Source: Gemmatimonadaceae bacterium (GTDB lineage Bacteria; Gemmatimonadota; Gemmatimonadetes; Gemmatimonadales; Gemmatimonadaceae). Taken from it: a DNA stretch of 55,190 nt. Position 1 is the first letter of the stretch. Each line of letters begins with the position of its first letter. This document shows, piece by piece, positions 8,201 to 16,388 of the stretch. The notes below the pieces were generated by a model. The model had not been told where the DNA came from. It searched no databases and was given only the letters and a program-made list of their open reading frames with translations. Position numbers and translations under genes: made by a program. The stretch is from positions 1-55,190 of the forward strand of contig JBJKPA010000043.1 of assembly GCA_046706905.1 (NCBI GenBank), read 5' to 3'.

Positions 8201-11200
8201 TTGTTCGCCGGCGGCGCGCCTCCTCTCTCTCCCCCACACGACAGCTCGCGGTCCCGGCGGCTTCTCGATGCCGCCGCCGTGCAGCGAGCGGCATTGCACG
8301 AATCCCGGCAGCTCGCGCTGACCGAAGACGCGTTGCGCGCCGATCCGTCGTACCTGCCCGCCCAGCTCGCCGTGGTCCGCCTCCTGGCCGATCGGATGAG
8401 CATCGCGGCGCGCCTGCACTTCGTGGCACGGACACCTGGAATCACCGCGGCCGACAGCGCGTGCATGGATCGCATGATCACCGCGCTGCCCGGCGCGGCC
8501 GTGCGCGAACTCGCCGCCCTCTCCGCCGCCGAGAGACGCTACGGCCGCTCCGCGTGCTTCGGGCTTCTTCGTCTGGTATGGGAGTCCGAGCTTCCCCCGG
8601 CGGCGCGGCCCCATGAACCGGACCGCGTTCAGTGGCCGCGCTTCCTCAGCGCTGCCGGAAATCCGGGGCGGCTGTGGATGATCTACGTCAGCGCGCTCGC
8701 CGCCGCGGGCGACACCACCGCCGCCATCGCGGCCGCGCGCCAGGGCGTCGCGCTGGCGCCGAACGCCAACGCACACATCAACCTCACGGCCGGGCTTCGT
8801 GCGCTGCTGCTCGCGCACGGCGACTCGGCCGGTGCCATGGCCGCATGGCGCGGCCTGGCCCGCTGGGCCACGCGGCACGAGAGTCCCGATGTACGGTATC
8901 TGCTTCTCGAGGCGCGCTGGTCGGACGACGACCGTGGGGTCGATCGCGCCGCATTCGACAGCGCACGGACCATTCTTGCCGCGCATCATGCGTCGCACCG
9001 GATCGCCGAGCAGTGGATGACGTTCGGCGCCAGGCTCGAGGATTCGGGCGATCCCCTCGGCGCGGCGCGCGTTTTCCGGCGTGCGCTTTTGCTCGCCGAC
9101 TCGCTCGCCTCGCCTCCGTTGCGCGCGCACGCCCTCGTCGCGCTGGGGCGCGCATACACCAAGGCCGGCGACTGGCGCGAAGCCATCCGCACGCTCGACC
9201 TGGCCGGCCGGGTCTGTGATCCGCGCGATCTCTACTGGGTGGCCGAGGTGCACCACAACCTCGCGCACGCGTACCAGGGCGAGGGACGCTGGCCGAGCGC
9301 CGTGGCCGAAGTGAACCGGTTCGCCATGCTCGCCGATTCGATGCCCGCCGACGGCATTCACATGGTCAGTCTCTACGATGCCGGTGTCATCCGGTGGGAA
9401 GCCGGCCTCCACCTGGCGGCGCGGGCGGCTTTCGACTCGATGGTCGCGGTGATCGACGCGCGGCACGCGAACTACTTCTACGCCGGCGACTACTACGAGC
9501 GAATCGGTGATCTGCAGCGGGCCCTGCATTACTACCGCCTGGTGCCGCGCTCGGACCTCGAAGAGGGAGCCCGGGCCCTGTCCGGTCTGGCCCGGGTGTA
9601 CGACGCGCTCGGCATGCCCGACAGCGCCGAGGCCGCCGCCCGCGCGCACGATCGGGACGTGCAGACTCCCGAGGAGGTGCCGCTTCTTCCCGGTGTGCTC
9701 GCCGGACACGGACACGTCGCCGAGGCGCTGCGCATCTCGCGCGCCTGGGCCGACTCGCAAATCGTGCGCGGCAATCTGGCGGGCGCCGTGGCGGCGGAGC
9801 GCCAGCTCGCGCAACTGTTCCTCGGAGCCGGGGCCGCCGCGCAGGCATTGGACGAGGCGGAGCGCGCCGAAGCCCTTGCGGCCCGGGCCAACCTGCTCGC
9901 CGAGCGCGGGCGTGTGATGACGCTCGAGTCCCAGGCCGAGTTGCTGCTGGGGCGGGCCGAGGCCGCGCGGCGTGATGCCGATGTCGCCGTGCGCGAAACG
10001 CGGGACCAGGGCACCGACGCCGACCGGCGTGACGCCGAGGCCGCACTGGGCGACGCGTTGGTGGCCGGGGACCGCACCGCCGACGCCCTCGCCGCCTACG
10101 ACGCGTCGGCGCGCATCATCGAAACCATGGGGCGGACGGTGACCGCCGATCTGACCCGGGCGAGCTTCCACGCGCGCCAGCTCAGCGTGTTCGACCGCGC
10201 CGTGGCGCTGTTGCTCGCCCTGCCGCCGTCGCCGACGCGCACGGCCGAGTTGCTGCGTTGGGTCCAGCGCCGCAATGGCGCCGCGTTTCCGGACGGCGCC
10301 ATCCGACATCCGCCACTCACCGCGGACGAGCTGACGTCCCGCCTCGGGACCGACCGCGTGCTCGTGGACTACACCCTGCTCGACAGCGCGGCGGCCGCGA
10401 TCGTCGTGACGCGCTTCGCGGTGACCGTCGTGCCGCTCGCCACGACGGAGCCGGCCGTTGCGCGACTCGTGGCCGACGTCAACCGGCCGTTCTCCACCGT
10501 CTATCTGGGGCGCGTGGATCTTTCACGCGCCGTCGCCGATACCGCTGCGGAGGATGAGTTGGCACGATTGCTCCTCCGGCCGATCGCCGCCGAGCTGCGC
10601 GGTCACCGGAGTCTGATCGTCGTTCCCGATGGAGCGTTGCACCTCCTCCCGTTCGATCTGCTCCCGCTCGACGATTCGACCCTCGTCGTGGACCGATACG
10701 CGGTGAGCGTGCTTCCCTCGGTGCGCTTGCTTTCGGCGGCACGGGACCGGCCGGCTGCACGGAGTGCTTCGCTTTTGTTGGTGGGTGGCGATGCACCGGG
10801 GGCGGCGCGCGAGGTCGCGGCGGTGCGGCGGCTCTGGACCGTAGGTCCGGTGCGCGTGCTCAACGCCGGCGACGCGACCGCGACCGTGATTCGCCGCGCG
10901 CTGCCGCGTTACACCGTGCTCCACTTCGCGACGCACGCCGTGGTGGACGAGGACGATCCGCTGGCCTCGCATCTCGTGCTCTCGCCCGACGCGGCGGGCG
11001 GGTTCCTGCAGGTCAGGGACATCGAGCGCACGCCCTCTCACGCGTCGCTGGTGGTATTGAGCGCGTGCGAGAGCGACAACGGGCGCTCGTTTGCGGGCGT
11101 GGGGCCCATCGGTCTGGCGCGCGCCTTCCTGGTAGGCGGGGCACACGCCGTCGTCGCCACGCAGTGGCCCGTCACCGCCGCGGCGGCGGTCTTCATGCGC

Positions 11201-11332
11201 GCCTTCTATGCGCGCCTCGTGTCAGGCGCCGCGGTGGACGAGGCGCTGCGCGATGCGAAGCTCGCGATGCGGCGGGATCCGCGGACGAGCAATCCGGTGG
11301 ATTGGGCAGGGTTCGTGCTGGTGAGTCGGTGA
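8201..11332 (+). CDS. TPR-repeat protein with C-terminal CHAT (caspase-like) protease domain
   Basis: C-terminal CHAT hallmarks: LIVVPDGALHLLPFDLLPL, His block VLHFATHAVVDEDDP, Cys block LVVLSACESDNG, GAHAVVATQWPV, WAGFVLVS. Several TPR-like units upstream (LGRAYTKAGDWREAI, LAHAYQGEGRWPSAV, YYERIGDLQRALHYY). No signal peptide seen. The start is uncertain because 8201 is TTG. Confidence 0.85.
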   Translation: MFAGGAPPLSPPHDSSRSRRLLDAAAVQRAALHESRQLALTEDALRADPSYLPAQLAVVRLLADRMSIAARLHFVARTPGITAADSACMDRMITALPGAAVRELAALSAAERRYGRSACFGLLRLVWESELPPAARPHEPDRVQWPRFLSAAGNPGRLWMIYVSALAAAGDTTAAIAAARQGVALAPNANAHINLTAGLRALLLAHGDSAGAMAAWRGLARWATRHESPDVRYLLLEARWSDDDRGVDRAAFDSARTILAAHHASHRIAEQWMTFGARLEDSGDPLGAARVFRRALLLADSLASPPLRAHALVALGRAYTKAGDWREAIRTLDLAGRVCDPRDLYWVAEVHHNLAHAYQGEGRWPSAVAEVNRFAMLADSMPADGIHMVSLYDAGVIRWEAGLHLAARAAFDSMVAVIDARHANYFYAGDYYERIGDLQRALHYYRLVPRSDLEEGARALSGLARVYDALGMPDSAEAAARAHDRDVQTPEEVPLLPGVLAGHGHVAEALRISRAWADSQIVRGNLAGAVAAERQLAQLFLGAGAAAQALDEAERAEALAARANLLAERGRVMTLESQAELLLGRAEAARRDADVAVRETRDQGTDADRRDAEAALGDALVAGDRTADALAAYDASARIIETMGRTVTADLTRASFHARQLSVFDRAVALLLALPPSPTRTAELLRWVQRRNGAAFPDGAIRHPPLTADELTSRLGTDRVLVDYTLLDSAAAAIVVTRFAVTVVPLATTEPAVARLVADVNRPFSTVYLGRVDLSRAVADTAAEDELARLLLRPIAAELRGHRSLIVVPDGALHLLPFDLLPLDDSTLVVDRYAVSVLPSVRLLSAARDRPAARSASLLLVGGDAPGAAREVAAVRRLWTVGPVRVLNAGDATATVIRRALPRYTVLHFATHAVVDEDDPLASHLVLSPDAAGGFLQVRDIERTPSHASLVVLSACESDNGRSFAGVGPIGLARAFLVGGAHAVVATQWPVTAAAAVFMRAFYARLVSGAAVDEALRDAKLAMRRDPRTSNPVDWAGFVLVSR

Positions 11333-11384
11333 GTCGGTGAGTCGGTGAGTCGGTGAGTCGGTGAGTCGGTGAGTCGGTGAGTCG
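11321..11384. repeat. Perfect tandem array (GTGAGTCG)x8
   Basis: Eight identical contiguous 8-bp units counted from the sequence. The first units encode the last residues and the TGA stop of the CHAT gene (GTG AGT CGG TGA). Confidence 0.95.
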
Positions 11385-11414
11385 GAATACGCTGGTTGCC
11401 GTAATCAGTTCCCA

Positions 11415-11504
11415 GCGCTCCTTTTGCCGGCGCTTCTCTTGTCCGCGCTGTACTTGTTTGCGCTGTTCTTGCCAGCGCGTCTCTTGCCGGCGCTGTTTGT
11501 AGTT
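11415..11504. repeat. Degenerate 15-bp tandem repeat x6 (GCGCTnTnCTTGnCn)
   Basis: GCGCT/GCGCG recurs at 11415, 11430, 11445, 11460, 11475 and 11490. Units: gcgctccttttgccg, gcgcttctcttgtcc, gcgctgtacttgttt, gcgctgttcttgcca, gcgcgtctcttgccg, gcgctgtttgtagtt. Visibly less GC-rich than the flanks. It ends 5 nt from the csoR stop. Confidence 0.8.
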
Positions 11505-11508
11505 GCAG

Positions 11509-11838
11509 TTACGCCATCAACCTCACCAACTCCTCATACATCCGTTCTGCCTCCTCCCCCTCCGCCCGTATCGCCTCTGCCGCGCAATGCCGCAAGTGGT
11601 TACGCAGTAACTCCCGCCTTACCCCTCGCAGCGCTTCCTGCACCGACGACAGCTGGGTCAGGATATCCGCGCAATACCGATCCTCCTCCACCATCCGTTG
11701 CAGCCCTCGCACCTGCCCCTCGATCCGCCGCAGCCGATTGAGATTCCCGGTCTTGATCCCCGGATCCACCCCCACCGCCTTCCGTCCCTCGCCCTCGTCG
11801 GTTCCGCAGCCGCAGCTCGCCGTCTTGAGTTCACTCAT
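11509..11838 (-). CDS. csoR: CsoR-family copper-sensing transcriptional repressor
   Basis: Only the last 109 aa of track ORF 11509..13665 are real ([11 protein letters not shown]...). C-x24-H-x3-C ligand spacing (RYCADIL...NHLRHC). ATG 11838 overlaps the copA stop (ATGA). Confidence 0.85.
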   Translation of the reverse strand: MSELKTASCGCGTDEGEGRKAVGVDPGIKTGNLNRLRRIEGQVRGLQRMVEEDRYCADILTQLSSVQEALRGVRRELLRNHLRHCAAEAIRAEGEEAERMYEELVRLMA

Positions 11839-14102
11839 GAGATCCTGGCCCTCCGGAGCCGCAGACTGTTCGAGACCACACTCACCGAGCTGAACGCCAT
11901 CGCGCCGCTCGCGATCACCGGATTGAGCTGCAGGCCGAACGCGGGATACAGCGCCCCGGCCGCGATCGGGATCCCGATCACGTTGTAGATGAATGCCCAG
12001 AAGAGATTCTGCTTCATCGTCCCCATCGTCTTCCGGGCGAGCTGCATCGCCTGCGCCACGCTCCTCGGGTCCCCGCGCATCAGCGTCACGTCTCCCGCCT
12101 CGATCGCCACGTCGGTCCCCGTGCCGATCGCGAAGCCCACGTCGGCCTGCGCCAGCGCCGGCGCATCGTTGATCCCGTCGCCCACCATGCCCACCACGTG
12201 CCCCTCGGCCTGCAGTTTCTTGATCGCGTCCACCTTCCCCTCGGGCAGGACCTCGGCGATCACCCGCCCGATGCCTGCCTGCCGGGCGATCGCGTTTGCC
12301 GTACGCTGCGTGTCGCCGGTGAGGAGCACGACCTCGGTGCCCAGCGCGCCCAGCGCGCGCACCGCCTCGACCGTGCTCTGCTTGATCGGATCGGCCACCG
12401 CGATCAGCCCCGCCAGCTCGCCGTCCACCGCCACGTACGCCGGCGTCTTGGCGTCGCCGGCCAGCGCGTCGGCTTTCGCGCGCAGCGGTGAGACGTCCAC
12501 CGCGTACTCTTTCATCAGCGCCTCGTTCCCGATCGCCAGCGCCGAGCCGTTTACCACCGCGGTGATTCCGTGTCCCGCAATCGCCGTGAACCCCTCGGCG
12601 TCTGCCAACGTCAGCCCCCGCTGTTTCGCGCTCTGCACGATCGCGTCCGCCAGCGGATGCTCGCTCTGTCGCTCGGCGCTCGCCACGAAGGCCAGCAGCT
12701 CGTCCGTCGACCGTCCGACCGTCTCGACGTCCGTGACCGTCGGCCGCCCCTCGGTGACCGTCCCGGTCTTGTCGAGTACCACGACGTCGATGTCGTTCGC
12801 GCGCTGCAGCGTGTCGCCGCCCTTGAAGAGAATGCCGAGTGAGGCGCCCTTCCCCGTCGCGACCATCATCGCCGTGGGCACCGCCAGTCCCATCGCGCAC
12901 GGGCAGGCGATGATCAGCACCGCCACCGCGGCGGTGAGGGCGTGCACGACCAGCTGTCCGTTCTGCGCGTTCTGCGGCAAGAATATCCAGAGCAGGAACG
13001 TGAAGATCGCGATCCCGATCACGCTCGGCACGAAGATCGAGCTGACACGGTCGGCCAGGTTCTGGATCGGCGCCCGCGTGCCCTGCGCGTCGCGCATGAG
13101 CTGGACGATGCGCGCCAGCGCGCTGTCCGCGCCCAGCGTCGTGGCGCGAATGCGCAGCGCCCCGGTGCGGTTCATCGTGCCGCCGTACACCTTGCCGCCC
13201 ACGGCCTTGGGCACCGGCATGGACTCGCCGGTGAGCATGGACTCGTCCACCGCGCTCTGGCCGCTCGTCACGTCGCCGTCCACCGGCACGCGCTCGCCCG
13301 GGCGGATGAGCACCGTGTCGCCGTGCCGCACCTGCTCCACCGGCACGTCCATCTCCTGCCCGTCCACCACGACGCGCGCCGTGTGCGGCTGCAGGTCGGC
13401 CAGCGCGCGCAGCGCCGCCGAGGTGCGCTGTTTGGCCCGCGCCTCGAACAGGTTGCCCAGCAGGATGAGCGCGATGATCGCGTCCACCGCGTCGAAGTAG
13501 ACGTGCGGCTGGACGCCGTGCGACAGGAACCAGCCGGGCGCGAGCGTGGCGGCGACCGAGAAGAGATACGCCACCCCGGTGCCCACCGAGATCAGCGTGT
13601 TCATGTCGGAGCCGCCGTGCTTGAGCGCGCTCCACGCACGGGTGTAGAAGTGCCGCCCCGCCCACGCCATCACGAACGTCGTGAGCACGAGCAGCGTCCA
13701 GCGCACGACCGTGTTCTGCGCGCCGGCGGCGCCGTTCATGCTCTCGATGGAGAGCGCCATCGCCACGACGGCCATGACCATCGCGACGACGACCTTCTGC
13801 GTGAGCGTGCGGACTTCCTTCGCGTGCGCCGCCTCGGCCTCCTCCTGCTCCTCGAACGCGCCGCGCGTGGTCGCCGGCAGCTCGGCGCCGTATCCGGTGT
13901 CGCGGATCGCGTCCACCAGCTTCTGGGCCGAGATCTCGTGCGGATCGAAGGAGATCGTGGCGTTGTTGAGCATCAGATTCACGGTCGCGTCGCTCACGCC
14001 GGGGGTGCGCGTCAGGGTGCGCTGCACCCGCGCCTGGCAGGCGGCGCAGGTCATCCCGGTCACGGGGATGACGATTCGTTCTTCGGTTGCGGTGTCGGTC
14101 AT
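11835..14102 (-). CDS. copA: Copper-translocating P1B-type ATPase
   Basis: N-terminal HMA motif GMTCAACQ, membrane CPC motif ([10 protein letters not shown]), phosphorylation site DKTGTVT, hinge [10 protein letters not shown]. Confidence 0.95.
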   Translation of the reverse strand: MTDTATEERIVIPVTGMTCAACQARVQRTLTRTPGVSDATVNLMLNNATISFDPHEISAQKLVDAIRDTGYGAELPATTRGAFEEQEEAEAAHAKEVRTLTQKVVVAMVMAVVAMALSIESMNGAAGAQNTVVRWTLLVLTTFVMAWAGRHFYTRAWSALKHGGSDMNTLISVGTGVAYLFSVAATLAPGWFLSHGVQPHVYFDAVDAIIALILLGNLFEARAKQRTSAALRALADLQPHTARVVVDGQEMDVPVEQVRHGDTVLIRPGERVPVDGDVTSGQSAVDESMLTGESMPVPKAVGGKVYGGTMNRTGALRIRATTLGADSALARIVQLMRDAQGTRAPIQNLADRVSSIFVPSVIGIAIFTFLLWIFLPQNAQNGQLVVHALTAAVAVLIIACPCAMGLAVPTAMMVATGKGASLGILFKGGDTLQRANDIDVVVLDKTGTVTEGRPTVTDVETVGRSTDELLAFVASAERQSEHPLADAIVQSAKQRGLTLADAEGFTAIAGHGITAVVNGSALAIGNEALMKEYAVDVSPLRAKADALAGDAKTPAYVAVDGELAGLIAVADPIKQSTVEAVRALGALGTEVVLLTGDTQRTANAIARQAGIGRVIAEVLPEGKVDAIKKLQAEGHVVGMVGDGINDAPALAQADVGFAIGTGTDVAIEAGDVTLMRGDPRSVAQAMQLARKTMGTMKQNLFWAFIYNVIGIPIAAGALYPAFGLQLNPVIASGAMAFSSVSVVSNSLRLRRARIS

Positions 14103-14129
14103 CGGGTTGCCTCTCGCTCGAGGGGATAC

Positions 14130-14146
14130 ATACCCCCTGGGGGTAT
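14130..14146. promoter_or_regulatory. CsoR-type operator palindrome ATACCCCC-T-GGGGGTAT in the copA promoter region
   Basis: Perfect 8+1+8 inverted repeat 28 nt upstream of the copA start. On the minus strand, TTGCCG-17 nt-GATTAT sits immediately upstream and overlaps it. Confidence 0.7.
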
Positions 14147-14315
14147 AATCACCGGTTTGACCTGCCGCGGCAAGTGCCTGGCCTCCGGTGGCTTCGCCAC
14201 TGGGACGGAGAAGTAACCTCTATTCCTGATATAGAGTGTTATCCCGTCGGTCTGCTCGGCTTGTCCTACGCTCCGCCATTTTGCATATTGAATACGTCAT
14301 TTGGCACGGAGCCTC

Positions 14316-14741
14316 ATGTCCCCCACGACGGTCGCACTCAAGCTCGGGCTACCCGGAAGCGTCCGGTCGCTCCGCGATCTGGCCGCCGCGCTCGAGGCGG
14401 GACTTCCCGCCCGCGCGCTGGAGCGCGTGGCGGGCGAGTTGGCCGCGAGCGGCGTGGCGCGATCCGACGTCCTCTCCCTGGTCGGGCGCACGCGCACCCT
14501 GCAGCGCAAGCTCGCCGGGCACCTGCGCTTGTCGGCCGCCGAGTCCGATCGGCTGGCGCGTCTGGCGCGCGTGGTCGCGCGCGCCGAAGAAGTGCTCGGC
14601 TCGCCGGACAAGGCCGGGCATTGGCTCACGCAGTCCAACCGCGGACTGGGCGGCGAGCCGATGGAGTTCCTGCGCACCGACGCCGGCACGGTGGCGGTCG
14701 AGGAGGAGCTGGGCCGCATCGAGCACGGCATCTTCGGCTGA
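14316..14741 (+). CDS. Xre-type antitoxin of a RES-Xre toxin-antitoxin pair (DUF2384-like C-terminal domain)
   Basis: From ORF 14301..14741; 14301 is TTG and the ATG is at 14316. The motif SAAESDRLARLARVVARAEEVLGSPDKAGHWLTQSNRGLGGEPMEFL is typical of antitoxins paired with RES toxins. It lies 3 nt upstream of the RES gene. Confidence 0.8.
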   Translation: MSPTTVALKLGLPGSVRSLRDLAAALEAGLPARALERVAGELAASGVARSDVLSLVGRTRTLQRKLAGHLRLSAAESDRLARLARVVARAEEVLGSPDKAGHWLTQSNRGLGGEPMEFLRTDAGTVAVEEELGRIEHGIFG

Positions 14742-14744
14742 CGC

Positions 14745-15197
14745 GTGCGCGTCTACCGGATCTGCGCGCCCGCCTACGCGGCGCTCGACGGCGCCGGCGC
14801 GGAGAAGTACGGCGGCCGCTGGAATTCTCCCGGCCGCCGCATGGTGTACACGGCGGGTCACGTGTCGCTGGCGGTGGTCGAGGCGCTGGTGCACGTGGAC
14901 GCCGCGTCGGCTCCGTCGAATCAGGTGCTGCTCACGATCGACGTGCCCGACGACATCGCCGTGGAGCGCGTGGACGCGGCCGCGCTCGCCAGGGGGTGGC
15001 GCACGGAGGCCGGCCTGTCCGCCTGCCGCTCGGTCGGCGACGCCTGGCTGGCCGCGGCGCGCACCGCGGTGCTCGCCGTGCCGTCGGCACCGGTTCCGGA
15101 AGAGACGAATTACCTGCTCCATCCGGCGCACCCCGACGCCGCGCGGATCCGGGTCGTCGACCGGCGCGCGTTAAGCTTCGACGAGCGGTTGCTGTAA
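14745..15197 (+). CDS. RES-domain toxin (NAD+-targeting toxin family)
   Basis: RVYRI...GGRWNSPGRRMVYTA (Arg), VVEALVH (Glu), VLAVPSAPVPEETNYLLHP (Ser). Size of 150 aa fits the family. Confidence 0.85.
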   Translation: MRVYRICAPAYAALDGAGAEKYGGRWNSPGRRMVYTAGHVSLAVVEALVHVDAASAPSNQVLLTIDVPDDIAVERVDAAALARGWRTEAGLSACRSVGDAWLAAARTAVLAVPSAPVPEETNYLLHPAHPDAARIRVVDRRALSFDERLL

Positions 15198-15810
15198 CTC
15201 CCGCGCCGGCCGTGATGCGGTCCGGGCCGACCAGGGTCTGCCGCAGCCGGGTGGACAGCACGTCCACCCGGTCGGGACAGTCGATTCTCAGCACGGACTT
15301 GGGCGCGAGCCTCGCGCCGTCGCCCACCGAGACCCGTCCGATGACGATCGAGTGCCCCGTCACCGCGACGTCGTCGCCGAGTGTCGGGCCGTCGTCCGCG
15401 GTGCAGGCCGAACCCTCGCCCGAGGGACAACACACCGCGAGCGAGAAGAGCGTCAGACCGCGGCCGGCCGATCCGATGAGCGTCGTTCCGGCCGTGTGAC
15501 CCAGGAAGCATCCGGGGCCGATGCAGGTGTCCGCCGGGATGTTCGCCTTGAAGACGAACTGGCTGACCGTCGCCAGGGTGCGGGCCGTGCGGCGCCATCC
15601 GCGCACCCAGAGATAGTGGGCGACCCGGTGGAACGAGAGGCAGAGCAACGGGGGCTGGAGGAGAACGCTCAACTTCGTCCGGAGGCCCATCTTCGGCTGG
15701 TATTCCGGATTGAACGTGACGGCGCGCAGGAAGTCCTCGCCCAGCGCCGACCGCACGCCCGAGAGCCGGCCGTGCCCGAAGCGGGCACACCGCTCCGCGT
15801 TGGCGCTCAC
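14932..15810 (-). CDS. Hexapeptide-repeat acyl/acetyltransferase (serine-acetyltransferase-like) with an anomalous 88-aa Arg/Pro-rich tail
   Basis: Left-handed beta-helix repeats (IGPGCFLGHTAGTTLIGSAG, LGDDVAVTGHSIVIGRVSVGDGARL). GTG start overlaps the upstream stop (GTGA). There is no in-frame stop until 14932, so the ORF runs 266 nt antisense into the RES gene. The true 3' end is questionable. Confidence 0.65.
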   Translation of the reverse strand: MSANAERCARFGHGRLSGVRSALGEDFLRAVTFNPEYQPKMGLRTKLSVLLQPPLLCLSFHRVAHYLWVRGWRRTARTLATVSQFVFKANIPADTCIGPGCFLGHTAGTTLIGSAGRGLTLFSLAVCCPSGEGSACTADDGPTLGDDVAVTGHSIVIGRVSVGDGARLAPKSVLRIDCPDRVDVLSTRLRQTLVGPDRITAGAGVTATARRSLTRAGRRPGSARRRGAPDGAGNSSLPEPVPTARRAPRCAPRPARRRRPSGRRTGRPPCATPWRARPRPRAPRRCRRARRS

Positions 15811-16388
15811 GTGGCGTCCTTCCGGTGGCGGAAGCGGGGCGGCGGCCCCTCGGCCACGCCATCGGCCGGCACGTCATGGAAGATGGCCGTGCCGGAGAGG
15901 ATTCGGGCCCGATCGCCGATGCGGCAGGGCCCCAGCACTCCGACGTGGGGCTCGAGCACCACGTCGTCGCCGATCACCGGGAAGCCCGGGCCTCCGCCGA
16001 TGTCGTCCGCGCGGCCCGCCAGCTCGCCGCCGACTCCGGCGCAGGGCATCACCGTGAGGTTCCGGCCCGCCTTGCCGTACAGCGCCGTGCCGGCCGGATT
16101 CACGATGACGAGTCCCTCGCCCGCGTCCATGGCCGGGCTGATGTCGGCGCCGGTGATGAAGGTGTTCGCCTGGCCCACGAGCCGCGCCAGCAGCGAATGA
16201 CCCTTCAGATGGAAGTGGTGGGAGATGCGGTACAGCACCACACATATAAATGAAGGGTGCAGCCACGCGCCGCCCACGACGTTTCCGGGGCCCGAGAGGA
16301 GCTGGACGATTCGCCGCCGATCCGCTCTGAGGCAGGCGAAGGTCGCCGTCCAGGAAGAGGGCTGGGGGGGGCGGCTCTCCTCAGGCAT
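15807..16388 (-). CDS. Hexapeptide-repeat acyl/acetyltransferase (serine-acetyltransferase-like), paralogue of the downstream gene
   Basis: VLYRISHHFHLKGHSLLARLV helical N-terminal part, then hexapeptide repeats (ITGADISPAMDAGEGLVIVN, VIGDDVVLEPHVGVLGPCRIGDRARI). Carries a C8 tract at codons 6-9. Confidence 0.75.
   Translation of the reverse strand: MPEESRPPQPSSWTATFACLRADRRRIVQLLSGPGNVVGGAWLHPSFICVVLYRISHHFHLKGHSLLARLVGQANTFITGADISPAMDAGEGLVIVNPAGTALYGKAGRNLTVMPCAGVGGELAGRADDIGGGPGFPVIGDDVVLEPHVGVLGPCRIGDRARILSGTAIFHDVPADGVAEGPPPRFRHRKDAT

Noticed and set aside
8045-10309. 754-aa minus-strand ORF opposite the CHAT gene
   Set aside because: It is Arg/Gly/Pro/Ala-rich with no recognisable motif, and it is entirely antisense to a gene with clear TPR and CHAT motifs. 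This is a typical stop-codon-poor shadow ORF of GC-rich DNA.
11321-11504. Possible CRISPR array
   Set aside because: The units are only 8 bp and 15 bp long and are contiguous, with no unique spacers. There are no cas genes in the window.
11424-11741. 105-aa ORF with a periodic hydrophobic N-terminus (MPALLLSALYLFALFLPARLLPALF)
   Set aside because: The 5-residue periodicity is a by-product of translating the 15-bp DNA repeat. The rest of the ORF is antisense to csoR.
11839-13665. N-terminal 600 aa of track ORF 11509..13665
   Set aside because: Only the last 109 codons, from ATG 11838, encode CsoR. The remainder is an off-frame shadow inside copA.
14144-14149. Perfect TATAAT on the plus strand, as a promoter for the toxin-antitoxin pair
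   Set aside because: It is the outer arm of the CsoR palindrome. No -35-like hexamer lies 16-18 nt upstream (the sequence there is AGGGGA). It is also about 170 nt from the antitoxin start.
14103-15197. Mobile genetic element or genomic island carrying the TA pair
   Set aside because: No integrase, transposase, tRNA target or flanking direct repeats were seen. The only hints of insertion are a short lower-GC stretch and the gene overlap.
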